The position numbers and the translations under genes are program-made. A stretch of DNA of 64,000 nucleotides, from positions 3,264,001 to 3,328,000 of the forward strand of contig CBDCDZ010000004.1 of assembly GCA_965215565.1 (NCBI GenBank). Direction: 5' to 3'. The stretch comes from Trueperaceae bacterium (GTDB taxonomy: Bacteria > Deinococcota > Deinococci > Deinococcales > Trueperaceae). Within the stretch, counting starts at the first letter, position 1. Each line of letters begins with the position of its first letter. Below, piece by piece: positions 20,229-29,512 of the stretch. The notes below the pieces were generated by a model. The model saw only the letters and a list, made by a program, of their open reading frames with translations, was not told the origin of the DNA and made no database searches.

Positions 20229-20917
20229 TCACCGGCTCCGCCAAAGGCATTGGCAAGGCGTTGGCGCTGATGCTGGCGGATGAGGGTTACGACGTCGCGG
20301 TGCACTACCGGACGAGCCAGCGTGAGGCTGAGGAGGTCGCGCAAGAGGTCGAGGCAAAAGGTGTGGGCGCGGTCCTCTTGCAAGCAGATGTGACCGACGC
20401 CCAGCAAGCGGCGGGTCTGGTCAATGAGGCGCACGCGCAACTCGGGCGACTGGACGTGCTCATCAACAACGTCGGTGACTACTTCTTTACACCGCTAGGC
20501 AAATTGGAAATAGCCGACTGGCACGCCATGTTCGACTCGAACTTGCACAGCACCTTCTACACGTGCCGCGCCGCCCTTCCGCTCATGCGAGAAAGAGGTG
20601 GGCGCATCATCAATATAGGTTACGCAGGCGCAGAACTCGTGGAGGCGAGACCGAGCATCGCGGCGTACAGCATCGCGAAAACGGGCGTGATTCTCCTCAG
20701 CAAAGCGCTCGCCAAGGTGGAGGCGAAACATGGGGTTACGGTGAATGTCATCTCGCCAGGTATCGTAGAAAACAGCGTATCTATACCTAAGAATCTGCCG
20801 ATGGGACGCGCGGGCACATTCAGTGAACTCACTCACGCGGCGAGGTACCTCATCTCACCCGAGGCGCGCTACGTGACGGGAGTGACGCTCGAGGTGGCGG
20901 GCGGTTGGAATGTTTAA
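20213..20917 (+). CDS. SDR oxidoreductase, probably TmpR-like dihydropteridine/dihydrofolate reductase
   Basis: VTGSAKGIG, NNVG, YSIAK (YxxxK); overlaps the NUDIX gene. Confidence 0.8.
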   Translation: MPAALVTGSAKGIGKALALMLADEGYDVAVHYRTSQREAEEVAQEVEAKGVGAVLLQADVTDAQQAAGLVNEAHAQLGRLDVLINNVGDYFFTPLGKLEIADWHAMFDSNLHSTFYTCRAALPLMRERGGRIINIGYAGAELVEARPSIAAYSIAKTGVILLSKALAKVEAKHGVTVNVISPGIVENSVSIPKNLPMGRAGTFSELTHAARYLISPEARYVTGVTLEVAGGWNV

Positions 20918-20924
20918 TATTTAA

Positions 20925-20998
20925 TAGCGATGGAGAGACTTGAACTCTCGACCTCACGATTATGAGTCGTGCGCTCTAACCAGCTGAGCTACATCGCC
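20925..20998 (-). tRNA. tRNA-Met(CAT), probably elongator; CCA not encoded
   Basis: GGCGATGTAGCTCAGCTGGTTAGAGCGCACGACT-CAT-AATCGTGAGGTCGAGAGTTCAAGTCTCTCCATCGCTA. Confidence 0.95.
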
Positions 20999-21079
20999 GT
21001 GCTTTGGTGCCGTACACCACGCGCTTCTCTTACTCTGTGTAGCCCCTTGTCCTCACGACTAGCGGGCTCACGGTTGTCG

Positions 21080-21109
21080 AGTATAGCCTATAGCGTTAGT
21101 AGTAGACAA
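21080..21109 (-). promoter_or_regulatory. sigma70-type promoter for tRNA-Met
   Basis: TTGTCT-N18-TATACT on the minus strand. Confidence 0.6.
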
Positions 21110-21200
21110 GTAGTTCTGCACCACCAAACTGGTTAGCAAGTTGGGTGCTTTGATTATTTTTTGGCTTTCTACCGGTCCGCTCGAGCATCACCGCGCCCCG

Positions 21201-21344
21201 AAAAGAGAGCCCGCTAGGTGAAGCGGACTCTTATCTTTCTCCACATGGCGCTGCCAACCCCGGTGAATAGGCCCATTGTAATGCAGCGTCCTCGCCTCAA
21301 CTAGACCCGTTTGTACCTCTTTGGGTAGTGTTTGAGTACATACT
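21201..21344 (-). ncRNA. candidate ~145-nt sRNA
   Basis: TATTCT -10 box at 21351-21356, two internal hairpins, then AGAGTCCGCT/AGCGGGCTCT-CTTTT terminator. Confidence 0.4.
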
Positions 21345-21524
21345 TTTCTTAGAATAGCAGTTCCACGCTTCGCTGCACCAACTGCCCTGCGTTTATTTCA
21401 AGGCTTGCGCGTCACTTCGCTCCCACTGGCGACTTCGTGAACGCATCCGACAAGCACGTTTCATTGCTACAGCAATGAAACGTGGAAACGCTAGAACCTA
21501 GAACAATGAAAATTTTGGGGCAAT

Positions 21525-21583
21525 AAAAAAGCTCGGGGACCTCCACCGGGGGGGCAGCGGGTGTGGAGGTTCTACCCTGAGCT
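21525..21583 (-). ncRNA. candidate ~60-nt hairpin sRNA with a C-rich loop
   Basis: TATACT at 21590-21595, then AGCTCAGGG..ACCTCCAC-loop-GTGGAGGT..CCCGAGCT-TTTTT. Confidence 0.5.
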
Positions 21584-21656
21584 GTAGAAAGTATACTACT
21601 TGGTAATGCGGAGCGCAAGTCTAGTGGGCAACACAAAGGAGAGGTGGTTTGAGCGC

Positions 21657-24083
21657 TCACGCCAACTTGCTCTGGGGTACGGGTCTGAACCGACAAGCGA
21701 GCAGTCCGCCAGCCGACGCCGCGCCCTCGTCCTGCGGCTCCGAAGAGGTCAGAATGAGGTAGTCTCGAGCCCTCGTCAACGCGACGTAGAGGAGGCGCTT
21801 CTCTTCCGCCAACTCTCGTTTGTGCTTAGCGCCCTGTAACGCCTCGTAAACCACAGGATTGCGCTTGCTAGGGGTTTTTTTATCCAGCTTTAAGCCTAGA
21901 CCCACGTCCCCGAAGAGCAGCGGGTCTGTACGTTTGCGAGAGGGGTTGCTCAGGTCGGCGACGATGACGACGGGCCACTCCAGACCTTTCGCCTTGTGGA
22001 TGTTCAGAAGCGTCACCGCGTCCGCTGCTGCTAAGGGCGCCCTCGCCAGGCTCACCTCGCGCTCGAGCAATTTCAACTCGCGCCAGACGCTAAAGGCGCT
22101 GTGCGTGTCCGCCTCGGAGCGCCTGACGAGGGCGACGAACGCGGCGTAGTCGGCGAGCCGCCTGTCGCCCCCCGCGAGGTTGGCGATGACCGCGCGGTAG
22201 CCCGTGCGCTTCTCAGCGAGGTCGAAAAGTTCGGTAGGAAGGCGCTTGCGCCGCTCGGTCAGCTCGAGGAGGATGGCTTTGGCATCTTCCAGGCAGGGCA
22301 ATTCGCTCGCCTGGACCAGCGCCCACCAGCTTTGCGCGTCGGCCCTGTCTGCGGCTATCGTCTGCAAATCTCTGTCGCTGAGGGCGAAAAAGGGGCTTCT
22401 CAGCAGGGTGAGCAGGGCGAGGTCGTCGTTGGGATCAGCTAGAAAGCGTAAAAGCGCCACGCCGTCTTGCGCCTCTCGCGTCGCCAGCAGGTCGTCGGTA
22501 CCGCCTTGCAAGAAGGGAACACCTGCTTCGGCGAGCGCCTCGGCGTACACGCCGAGGGGCGCTTTATGTCTGGCGAGCACAGCGATGTCTTTAGGCTCTA
22601 CGGGGCGTTCGGACTCACCGTCGTGGACCAGTACCTTCTTGTCCAGCAGCGCCCGCACGCGCAGGGCGATGAGCCGCGCCTCCTGCTCCAGGCGCTCGGA
22701 ACGCAACCGGGACGGCTCCTCTAAGGTGTACACCTCGAGATAGGGGCCGCAACCGGGCGCGCACTGCCTGGAGGCGCTGAGCGGTTCGTGGAGAGTGCCT
22801 AAGAACATGGTCAGGTCATTGAGCGGGGTGAGCAGGGCGTCGTGAGTTCTAAACGAGGTGTCTAGCGCGACTACGTCACCGCCGTTCTCCTGAATATGCT
22901 CACGGAAGCGGAAAAAAACCTCGACGTCCGCCCGGCGGAAGCCGTAGATGCTCTGTTTGGGGTCGCCGACGACGGTGAGGAGGCTGTTTTCAGCTAAGAG
23001 GTCAAGAAAGCGCTCCTGCACCGGGTTGGTGTCTTGCAACTCGTCAATGAGAAACGCCTTCCAGCGGGCCCGGTAGTGCGCTCTAACGTGCGCGTGCCCT
23101 AAGGCGTTAAGGGCGTGAACCTCGAGGTTCGCGAAGTCCACACAGCGCACCTCTTTGCGCCGTTCACTCATGAACTGCTTGACGTGTTCAAAGGCGGTTC
23201 GGAGCGCCGGTAAGCGTGAGGCGAGTTGAGTGTCAGCGTCGCTCAAGTCTAGCGTGAGCTGCTTGTGGTTTCGCTTGACGCCCTCTCTGAGCGCTGAAAT
23301 CGCGACGCCTGCCCCCGTAAAGGCGTCCTCGCCCCACTTCTTGCGGCTGCCGCCTCGCAAGTTGATCGTTAGCGCCTCTTCGTACGCGCTTTGACACGCC
23401 TCTGAACCGCCCGACTCGATGGTCTCCAAGCACTTCAGCGCGAGCCTTCTGGCGTCTTCGCGGGCGTCGCCCTCGGGTCCTGGTATGCAGAGTGTAGCCT
23501 TGTGGGGCGCTAAAGCGGCGAGGAGGTCGTGGTGGGCGCTCCCACGAGTTGCCTCGGCAAGCGTGGCCCAATCCTCTTGTCCCTTGCTCAGCGCAAGGTC
23601 CGCCGTGAGCGGGTCGAAGAGCAGTTCTTCTACGAACGCTCTAAGCTCGGTATAGGGAATTTGCTCGAAGCACCAGGGCGGCACGCTCGCCATCGCTTCG
23701 CCAAATACCCCTAGCCGGAAGAGCTTCTCCTCGTTCTCGTCCATGACCCTGAAGTCGGCGGGAAGACCCCCTTCCAAAGGAAAATCGCGGCAGACGCGCG
23801 CAGCTAAAGCGTCAATCGTGCTGATCTGAGCCGCCTCGAGTTCGGCGAGGTGCTCCGGGCTGACGTGCCCTTGACTGCTCAGGCGCGTGCGGATGCGGCT
23901 TCTAAGCTCCGCCGCCGCCTTGCGCGTAAAGGTCGTGGCGACGACTTCTAAGGGCGACAGACCGCGTCCTACCAAGAAGAGGTAGCGCTCGGTCAGTAGA
24001 AAGGTCTTGCCGCTCCCCGCCCCGGCAGTGACGGCGACGCTGCCTTCGGCGTGGGCAGCCCGCCGCTGTTCAGGGGTCAGCAC
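21657..24083 (-). CDS. AddA/UvrD-like SF1 helicase lacking a C-terminal nuclease domain
   Basis: AGAGSGKT, TFTRKAAAEL, LIDELQDT, VGDPKQSIYGFR, IHKAKGLE, LLYVALTRARD; GTG start overlaps the upstream gene. Confidence 0.88.
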   Translation of the reverse strand: MLTPEQRRAAHAEGSVAVTAGAGSGKTFLLTERYLFLVGRGLSPLEVVATTFTRKAAAELRSRIRTRLSSQGHVSPEHLAELEAAQISTIDALAARVCRDFPLEGGLPADFRVMDENEEKLFRLGVFGEAMASVPPWCFEQIPYTELRAFVEELLFDPLTADLALSKGQEDWATLAEATRGSAHHDLLAALAPHKATLCIPGPEGDAREDARRLALKCLETIESGGSEACQSAYEEALTINLRGGSRKKWGEDAFTGAGVAISALREGVKRNHKQLTLDLSDADTQLASRLPALRTAFEHVKQFMSERRKEVRCVDFANLEVHALNALGHAHVRAHYRARWKAFLIDELQDTNPVQERFLDLLAENSLLTVVGDPKQSIYGFRRADVEVFFRFREHIQENGGDVVALDTSFRTHDALLTPLNDLTMFLGTLHEPLSASRQCAPGCGPYLEVYTLEEPSRLRSERLEQEARLIALRVRALLDKKVLVHDGESERPVEPKDIAVLARHKAPLGVYAEALAEAGVPFLQGGTDDLLATREAQDGVALLRFLADPNDDLALLTLLRSPFFALSDRDLQTIAADRADAQSWWALVQASELPCLEDAKAILLELTERRKRLPTELFDLAEKRTGYRAVIANLAGGDRRLADYAAFVALVRRSEADTHSAFSVWRELKLLEREVSLARAPLAAADAVTLLNIHKAKGLEWPVVIVADLSNPSRKRTDPLLFGDVGLGLKLDKKTPSKRNPVVYEALQGAKHKRELAEEKRLLYVALTRARDYLILTSSEPQDEGAASAGGLLACRFRPVPQSKLA

Positions 24084-26565
24084 GGGGCTCTCTTTCCGGG
24101 TGCGCTCCCTGTATGTATTTACCCTTGAGGCGCGGTCCCTTGCGGCAGAGGAGTGAGAAGTCGCAGTACGCGCAGTTGTCGTCACTCGAGACGGGCGGGA
24201 AGGTGCCCGACGCTAGCGCTTCCTTCGCCGCTGCTAAACGTTCTTCTAGGTCATCGGGGGCGCGGCTCGAGATAACTTCTGCGTGCTTTAAGGAGAAGTA
24301 GCGGGCGCGGACGGGCGCGTCCGGGTAGCGCTCCCTAACGGCAGTTTCGTAGATGCTGAGCTGCACGTCGGGCTTAGAAATATAGCGCGAGGTCTTGTAG
24401 TCGGTGATCTCATATCCATCCGGGGTGCGGTCCAGCCGGTCGAGGCGTCCTCTGACCTTGAAGCCCTGCCAGGTTGACACGAAGTGCTGTTCGGTCTCGG
24501 TAATAAGGGCGTCCTCGGCGATGAAGCCCGGCGAGGCGATGGCGGAGCGCAACGTCGCGATGAGTTCTAGTCGCTTGCTGGACCAAGCCGCGACGCCAGT
24601 CACGCCCTCCGACGCTTCGGCGTCCGCGAACGCCGCCTCGACGCCCGCCAGCATTGCCTCTCTAAGGTCAGCCGCGCCCTGCGTGCGCTCGGCGAGTCGC
24701 TCGAGCGTTTTGTGATAGAGGTTCCCCGTAAGGAGCGCGTCCTCTTCGAACTCGGCGGGCGGCCCTGCCTCCAGTACATACGCGGCAAACCACTTGAAGG
24801 GGCAGCTCAGCAAATGCGTCAGTTGTGTCGCGCTAAAGACGTGATTGGAGACGTCCACCGCGACGCTGGTCACACCGTCGAACTCATTGAACGTCCCTGC
24901 CGCTTCGCGTGAGCGCTCCACCTTTAATGCCTGCGCGCCCACCCCTCCTTTTGCACCCCCTTCGTCCCGCAAGCTAGCCCGCTGCCGCTCCTGCTCGCTC
25001 ACGAGGTAGACCTCACGGCTCACCTCGGGCGTCAGCCCTAAAACGCGGAAGTAGTGACTGGCTTCGGCAGGTTGCCCGTCCAACTGCTGCGGGTAAGAAA
25101 GCGTTAGGCTCGCCTTAGCGTGCGCCACGAGCGAGTGGAAGCTGAGCTGTTCGCGCCACGCGGCGTAGGGTGCGGTCTCGACGTTTACCCCGGCAGAGCG
25201 CAAGGTTTTACGCTCGAAGAAGTCCAGCGCGGCGTCGTCTCTGAGGGGTGCAGGAAAGGTCCCTTCGGCGAGGCCCAGCACGAACACGTGGGGCAACTCT
25301 GCGCCCAACACCGCCAGCGGCGTATGTACCGAGATGCCCCGCCCCGGTTTGACGGGTACGCTCAGAGAGTGCAGCGTGTCGTCTAATTCTGTAAGGAAGG
25401 CGTCGCGGGACAGCGTGGTTTCGCCGTCCAAGGACTCGAGCGCAGACCTTAGTGTCTTGAGGGCAGCCTGCTCGCGCGGCAGACGCAACTCGAAAGCGTT
25501 CCCGAATTCAGCGAGCACGGCACTGAACGAGGTGCGCGTGGCGAAAGAGGGTAGGGTGGGGAGGTCTATCCCTAACGTGCCCCAATCCGAGAGGCGCTGA
25601 GGATGCGCCCCACGTATCCGCGCCCAGAGCGCCGAGTCGAGCCTGTCGGTCAGCGGGTGCGCTAAGAACCTCGCTGTCGCCTCGTAAGCGTACGCACCCC
25701 TCATCATGGCGATGAACGCTCCCACAAAGCTGCCCACGCGGGTGTTTTTGAGCGGCACGGCGTAGTAAGCGGCGATCTCCAAACCGTATTCACGCGCGAC
25801 CGCGAGAATCAGCGGACCGTAAAGCGCTTCGTCACGCACGACGAGCGCGATGTCGCTTGGGTGCACCCCTTCGTTCAGATGCGCGTTGACCCGCCCCAGC
25901 ACGCCGCGCACCTCGGCTTCTTGGTTGGCGAAGGCGAGAGCGTGAGTAGGAACGCGCGTCGTCCAGGTCTGCGCCGCCGGTTCGCGCACGGTAGACCAAC
26001 CCCGCGCCTCTAAAAAAGCCGCCGCGCCCTCGTTCTCGGTGAAGAGCGCGTCCTCGGCGAAGGGCAGGGCGAGCTGCGAGCCGTCTCCTGCCAGCGCGTC
26101 TAAAAAGGTCAGCTCGCCCAAGCCCAGCCGCGGGTAGCCCGTGAGCGTGACCTGCACCGGCTGAACGGTTCGCGCCGCCTCGAAAAAGACCTGAGAGGCG
26201 TCGATAAGTCCTTTTTCAGCGAGCAGGCGCTTGAACGCTTTCGTCACCTCAGCGAGCTTGACCAGGCGACCGCCGCAGGAGGCGACGACGTCAAGGTCAG
26301 CGTCCAGTCGGAGCAACTCTCGCACCGCCGGGGCGAAGAAGCGGGCGAAGCCGAGCGCGTCGCACTCGCCCAATATCTCTCGCACAGCGCTCATGAGAAG
26401 CTGCCGGGACCGAACTGAAGAGGCAACTTCTGCCGTGACAGCTCCGCGGGCGAGGGACTCGAGCGTCACCCCAGCGACGCTCAGTGAGCTAGCGGCGGAC
26501 CGGTTCGGCGTGATGACTGAGCCGCGAAGGTCCGGCCGTGACCCCAGATAGACAGTGCGGCTCAA
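24070..26565 (-). CDS. AddB-like protein with a C-terminal PD-(D/E)XK nuclease and Fe-S cysteines
   Basis: GLAEGTFP, LTLSYP, FSATQL...CPFKWF, GRLDRLD...ITDYKT, QLSIY, CAYCDFSLLC. Confidence 0.85.
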   Translation of the reverse strand: MSRTVYLGSRPDLRGSVITPNRSAASSLSVAGVTLESLARGAVTAEVASSVRSRQLLMSAVREILGECDALGFARFFAPAVRELLRLDADLDVVASCGGRLVKLAEVTKAFKRLLAEKGLIDASQVFFEAARTVQPVQVTLTGYPRLGLGELTFLDALAGDGSQLALPFAEDALFTENEGAAAFLEARGWSTVREPAAQTWTTRVPTHALAFANQEAEVRGVLGRVNAHLNEGVHPSDIALVVRDEALYGPLILAVAREYGLEIAAYYAVPLKNTRVGSFVGAFIAMMRGAYAYEATARFLAHPLTDRLDSALWARIRGAHPQRLSDWGTLGIDLPTLPSFATRTSFSAVLAEFGNAFELRLPREQAALKTLRSALESLDGETTLSRDAFLTELDDTLHSLSVPVKPGRGISVHTPLAVLGAELPHVFVLGLAEGTFPAPLRDDAALDFFERKTLRSAGVNVETAPYAAWREQLSFHSLVAHAKASLTLSYPQQLDGQPAEASHYFRVLGLTPEVSREVYLVSEQERQRASLRDEGGAKGGVGAQALKVERSREAAGTFNEFDGVTSVAVDVSNHVFSATQLTHLLSCPFKWFAAYVLEAGPPAEFEEDALLTGNLYHKTLERLAERTQGAADLREAMLAGVEAAFADAEASEGVTGVAAWSSKRLELIATLRSAIASPGFIAEDALITETEQHFVSTWQGFKVRGRLDRLDRTPDGYEITDYKTSRYISKPDVQLSIYETAVRERYPDAPVRARYFSLKHAEVISSRAPDDLEERLAAAKEALASGTFPPVSSDDNCAYCDFSLLCRKGPRLKGKYIQGAHPEREPRADP

Positions 26566-26681
26566 CGCGACCTCAACGTGTTAAAGTGCGCGTTGCGCGG
26601 ATGAGCGCAGAAGCTACCTGTGGATAAAGACTGCCGAATCAAATTGGCACACACAATCTGTATCTTACCGTCTCACGCGCA

Positions 26682-26765
26682 TCAGTTTAAGTTGCCACTT
26701 CGCTGAAACTCAGGCAGGGTCATCGATCCGTTGTCGATTTGATCAAGAATAGTGCTGATATTCAC
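26682..26765 (-). pseudogene. N-terminal stump of a DUF262/GmrSD gene
   Basis: AAGGAG RBS + GTG; reads MNISTILDQIDNGSMTLPEFQR then SGNLN*; DUF262 similarity stops right after FQR. Confidence 0.7.
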
Positions 26766-27118
26766 GAACTGCTCCTTGTGATCACACCCTATCTTTTAGA
26801 GGGTACTGCGCGACGTGCAACGGTTCACTTTGCACTACGGTTCACTTTTTATTGAGCATCGTTCGCTGGCTCTAGCAAAACTTCAAGCGGTATCCAGCAA
26901 CCTGCGCAGAGTTTGACACGTAGACCTTCGCGGCGTTTAGCCTATCCATCGGGCTCGAATTTGTCGTAACCGCCGAGGAGAGCCTGCACGAGCGGCTCTT
27001 CGAGCTATAAGGTCCTCACCCTCACTTGTGAGATACTCTCAAAAGTTGCATGAGTTAGGAAGAGGCGTGAAGACATAGACGCATAGGGAAGACGGCTGCG
27101 AATAGGCCGCCCTAACAG

Positions 27119-27889
27119 CTACGTCCAGCGCGGCTCACGCTTCTCCAGAAACGCCGCCACGCCCTCTTTCAAATCATCTGTGGTGCGCGCTAAAGCGTTG
27201 ACTTCGGTTGCGTAGCGGAGCCCCTCCTCTAACCCCATGCTCGGCACCGCCGCGAGAAGCTGCTTGGTCATAGCTAAAGAGGTGGGCGCGTTCTTCGCGA
27301 GGTCAGCCGCTCGCGCCAGCGCTCGCGCCACAACCTCTTCTGGGGCGCACACCTCGTTGACGAGCCCTACCTCTTTCGCCTCACCCGCTCGAATGAGCCG
27401 GGCGGAGAGGAGGAGGTCTCTCGCTGCCTTCTCACCAACCTGCCGTACCAGAAACACCCCAACCAGAGCCGCCACAAAGCCGATGCGCGCTTCCGTATAT
27501 CCGAGCGTCGCCGCTTCGCTCATCACGACTAAGTCGCAGACCGAGGCGAGCCCCGCCCCGCCCGCGACAGCGTGAGCGTTGAGCGCGGCGATAACCGGTT
27601 TGGGAAAGGTGTAGATGCGCCTTAGGAGCGCCGCCAAGTGCGCCGAGTCGCGGCGGTTTTCCTCGGTAGAACGTGTGCTGATCGCCCCCAAGTCAGCGAG
27701 ATCGAGCCCGGCGCAGAACGCCTTGCCGCTGCCGGTTAGGACGAGCGCACGAACTTGCGCCCTTTCAGCTTCATCTAAAGCCTCCAACAGCCGACTGATG
27801 AGTTCGCTGTTAAGGGCGTTGCGCACCTCGGGGCGGTTGAGGGTGAGAATGCGAACGGCGTCTCGGTCTTCGATTAAGAGGATGGACAT
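27119..27889 (-). CDS. enoyl-CoA hydratase/isomerase (methylglutaconyl-CoA hydratase-like)
   Basis: LNRPEVRNAL, AFCAGLDL, AVAGGAGL, EGVAAFLEKR. Confidence 0.92.
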   Translation of the reverse strand: MSILLIEDRDAVRILTLNRPEVRNALNSELISRLLEALDEAERAQVRALVLTGSGKAFCAGLDLADLGAISTRSTEENRRDSAHLAALLRRIYTFPKPVIAALNAHAVAGGAGLASVCDLVVMSEAATLGYTEARIGFVAALVGVFLVRQVGEKAARDLLLSARLIRAGEAKEVGLVNEVCAPEEVVARALARAADLAKNAPTSLAMTKQLLAAVPSMGLEEGLRYATEVNALARTTDDLKEGVAAFLEKREPRWT

Positions 27890-27948
27890 GCTCGACTATA
27901 TCGCTTGCTCGAGAGGGTCATTCCGATTGTAGATTCTTAGAAGTGGGG

Positions 27949-27982
27949 AAAAAAGAAGAGGGCGTATCTCGAGACACGCCCC
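27949..27982 (-). terminator. terminator of the tRNA operon
   Basis: GGGCGTGTCTC-GAGATACGCCC hairpin + TCTTCTTTTTT on the minus strand. Confidence 0.75.
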
Positions 27983-27986
27983 GCAA

Positions 27987-28058
27987 AGCCGATGGTCGGA
28001 ATTGAACCGACGACCTGCCGATTACGAATCGGCTGCTCTACCGCTGAGCTACATCGGC
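27987..28058 (-). tRNA. tRNA-Thr(CGT)
   Basis: GCCGATGTAGCTCAGCGGTAGAGCAGCCGATT-CGT-AATCGGCAGGTCGTCGGTTCAATTCCGACCATCGGCT. Confidence 0.95.
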
Positions 28059-28117
28059 AAGAGAGGCATCATCTGTCAAAACGGGTTGTAAGGACGGATG
28101 ATACCTCTTGACTGCGT

Positions 28118-28193
28118 TGGTGGCCAGAGGCGGGATTGAACCGCCGACACTACGATTTTCAGTCGTATGCTCTACCAACTGAGCTATCTGGCC
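28118..28193 (-). tRNA. tRNA-Phe(GAA)
   Basis: GGCCAGATAGCTCAGTTGGTAGAGCATACGACT-GAA-AATCGTAG...TCTGGCCACCA. Confidence 0.97.
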
Positions 28194-28307
28194 GAGGTGG
28201 GTATCATCTATCAAACATTTTTTATAAAAACCAAGAATCCACCAAAAGGAGCATTATTTCTGGCTTTTAAGTATCATGTCCGATATGAGATGATACCTCT
28301 ATGGTGA

Positions 28308-28380
28308 CGGAGCCGACGGGATTTGAACCCGCGACCTTCTGCGTGACAGGCAGATATGCTAACCGCTACACTACGGCTCC
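28308..28380 (-). tRNA. tRNA-Asp(GTC)
   Basis: GGAGCCGTAGTGTAGCGGTTAGCATATCTGCCT-GTC-ACGCAGAAGGTCGCGGGTTCAAATCCCGTCGGCTCCG. Confidence 0.96.
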
Positions 28381-28408
28381 ACGCGGCTCACTCGAGTGAG
28401 CGAAGTGC

Positions 28409-28438
28409 ATAATACCCGAGTTTTTAAGGGCTTGTCAA
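28409..28438 (-). promoter_or_regulatory. sigma70 promoter of the Asp-Phe-Thr tRNA operon
   Basis: TTGACA-N18-TATTAT on the minus strand. Confidence 0.8.
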
Positions 28439-28461
28439 CGCCGGTTTTTACACCTCTTCAC

Positions 28462-29334
28462 TCAGAAAACAAGGTCTGCGACAATCGCCAGGAGCATCAC
28501 GGCGCTGACATAGAGGTTAGCGTTAAAAGAGCGCAGCACATCCCCGACGCTTCTCTTGCGGACCAAGAGGTGTTGCGCGACAAGAATCGCCGCGACGACG
28601 CCCAAGCCGAGCGCGTAGAACCAGCCCGCGCTAGTGAACGGCAAAACGAGTGCCAGCGAGAGCCAAGCGAGCGCGTGCGTCGAAGCGGAGAGGGTGAGCG
28701 CTCTGTCTACACCGAAAACAGCCGGAACGCTGTACACGCCGTGCGCCACGTCGAAGTCGTAGTCGAGCACCGCGTAAATGATGTCGAACCCCGCGATCCA
28801 CAGCCCGACGCCTGCCCAAAGTGCTGCTGTACCGGGCGCGAATGCGCCTGTCACCGCAATCCAGCCGCCCGCCGCCGCCGCGCCGATGGTGAGACCCAGC
28901 CAGTAGTGACAGAGCCAGGTGAAGCGCTTCGTGTAGGGGTAGAGCGCCAAGAAGAACACGGCGACGGGTAGGAGCGCCAAAGTGAGCGCGTTGAGCGCCC
29001 AACCCGAGACGATGAGGAGCGCGAACCCTACTACCGCCAGCCCCACGCCCTCGCGTTTGCGCAGCACGCCGCTAGGAATCTCGCGTGTCTGCGTGCGCGG
29101 GTTGCGCGCGTCGATTTCCGCGTCGATGACGCGGTTGAGCGCCATGCTCGCGGTGCGCGCCCCTACCATCGCCAGCGTGATCCAGAAGAACGTGACGAAG
29201 CCGGGCCAGCCGTCCGCCGCTAAGAGCATTCCGCCATACGCGAAAGGGAGCGCAAAGAGGGTGTGCTCGAACTTGACGAAGGAGAGGTAGGTTTTGAGGC
29301 CCTTGGGGCGGGGTTGGGAGGGAGCGGCGCTCAT
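28462..29334 (-). CDS. UbiA-family polyprenyltransferase (MqnP-like)
   Basis: KFEHTLFALPFAY, NRVIDAEIDARNPRT..R.IP.G, YPYTKRFT, FDIIYA..D..FD. Confidence 0.93.
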   Translation of the reverse strand: MSAAPSQPRPKGLKTYLSFVKFEHTLFALPFAYGGMLLAADGWPGFVTFFWITLAMVGARTASMALNRVIDAEIDARNPRTQTREIPSGVLRKREGVGLAVVGFALLIVSGWALNALTLALLPVAVFFLALYPYTKRFTWLCHYWLGLTIGAAAAGGWIAVTGAFAPGTAALWAGVGLWIAGFDIIYAVLDYDFDVAHGVYSVPAVFGVDRALTLSASTHALAWLSLALVLPFTSAGWFYALGLGVVAAILVAQHLLVRKRSVGDVLRSFNANLYVSAVMLLAIVADLVF

Positions 29335-29512
29335 AGCTCAACCTATCATGTGACGCCACGAAAGGATTTTGAGGGTCTTACAAAGTAGCTCAAAATGAGA
29401 TTTAGATGAGTTCCTAAGAGTAGAATTAGAAAGCAGGACCTGTTGCAATAATGACGCTTTAACAAAACCTCTTGCAACGCAACTAATGTATTACGGACGG
29501 AAGGTATTTTCT

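Noticed and set aside
21200..21500. HEARO/omegaRNA, 6S RNA, tmRNA or a second c-di-GMP riboswitch
   Set aside because: Only short motif resemblances (GGCGAGG...TTAC; GTTGGTGCAGCG); no IscB/TnpB gene and the required stems are absent
20925..28058. tRNA-bounded integrative element carrying addAB
   Set aside because: No duplicated tRNA 3' end (att site) or integrase found, and the region lies on the 5' side of tRNA-Met
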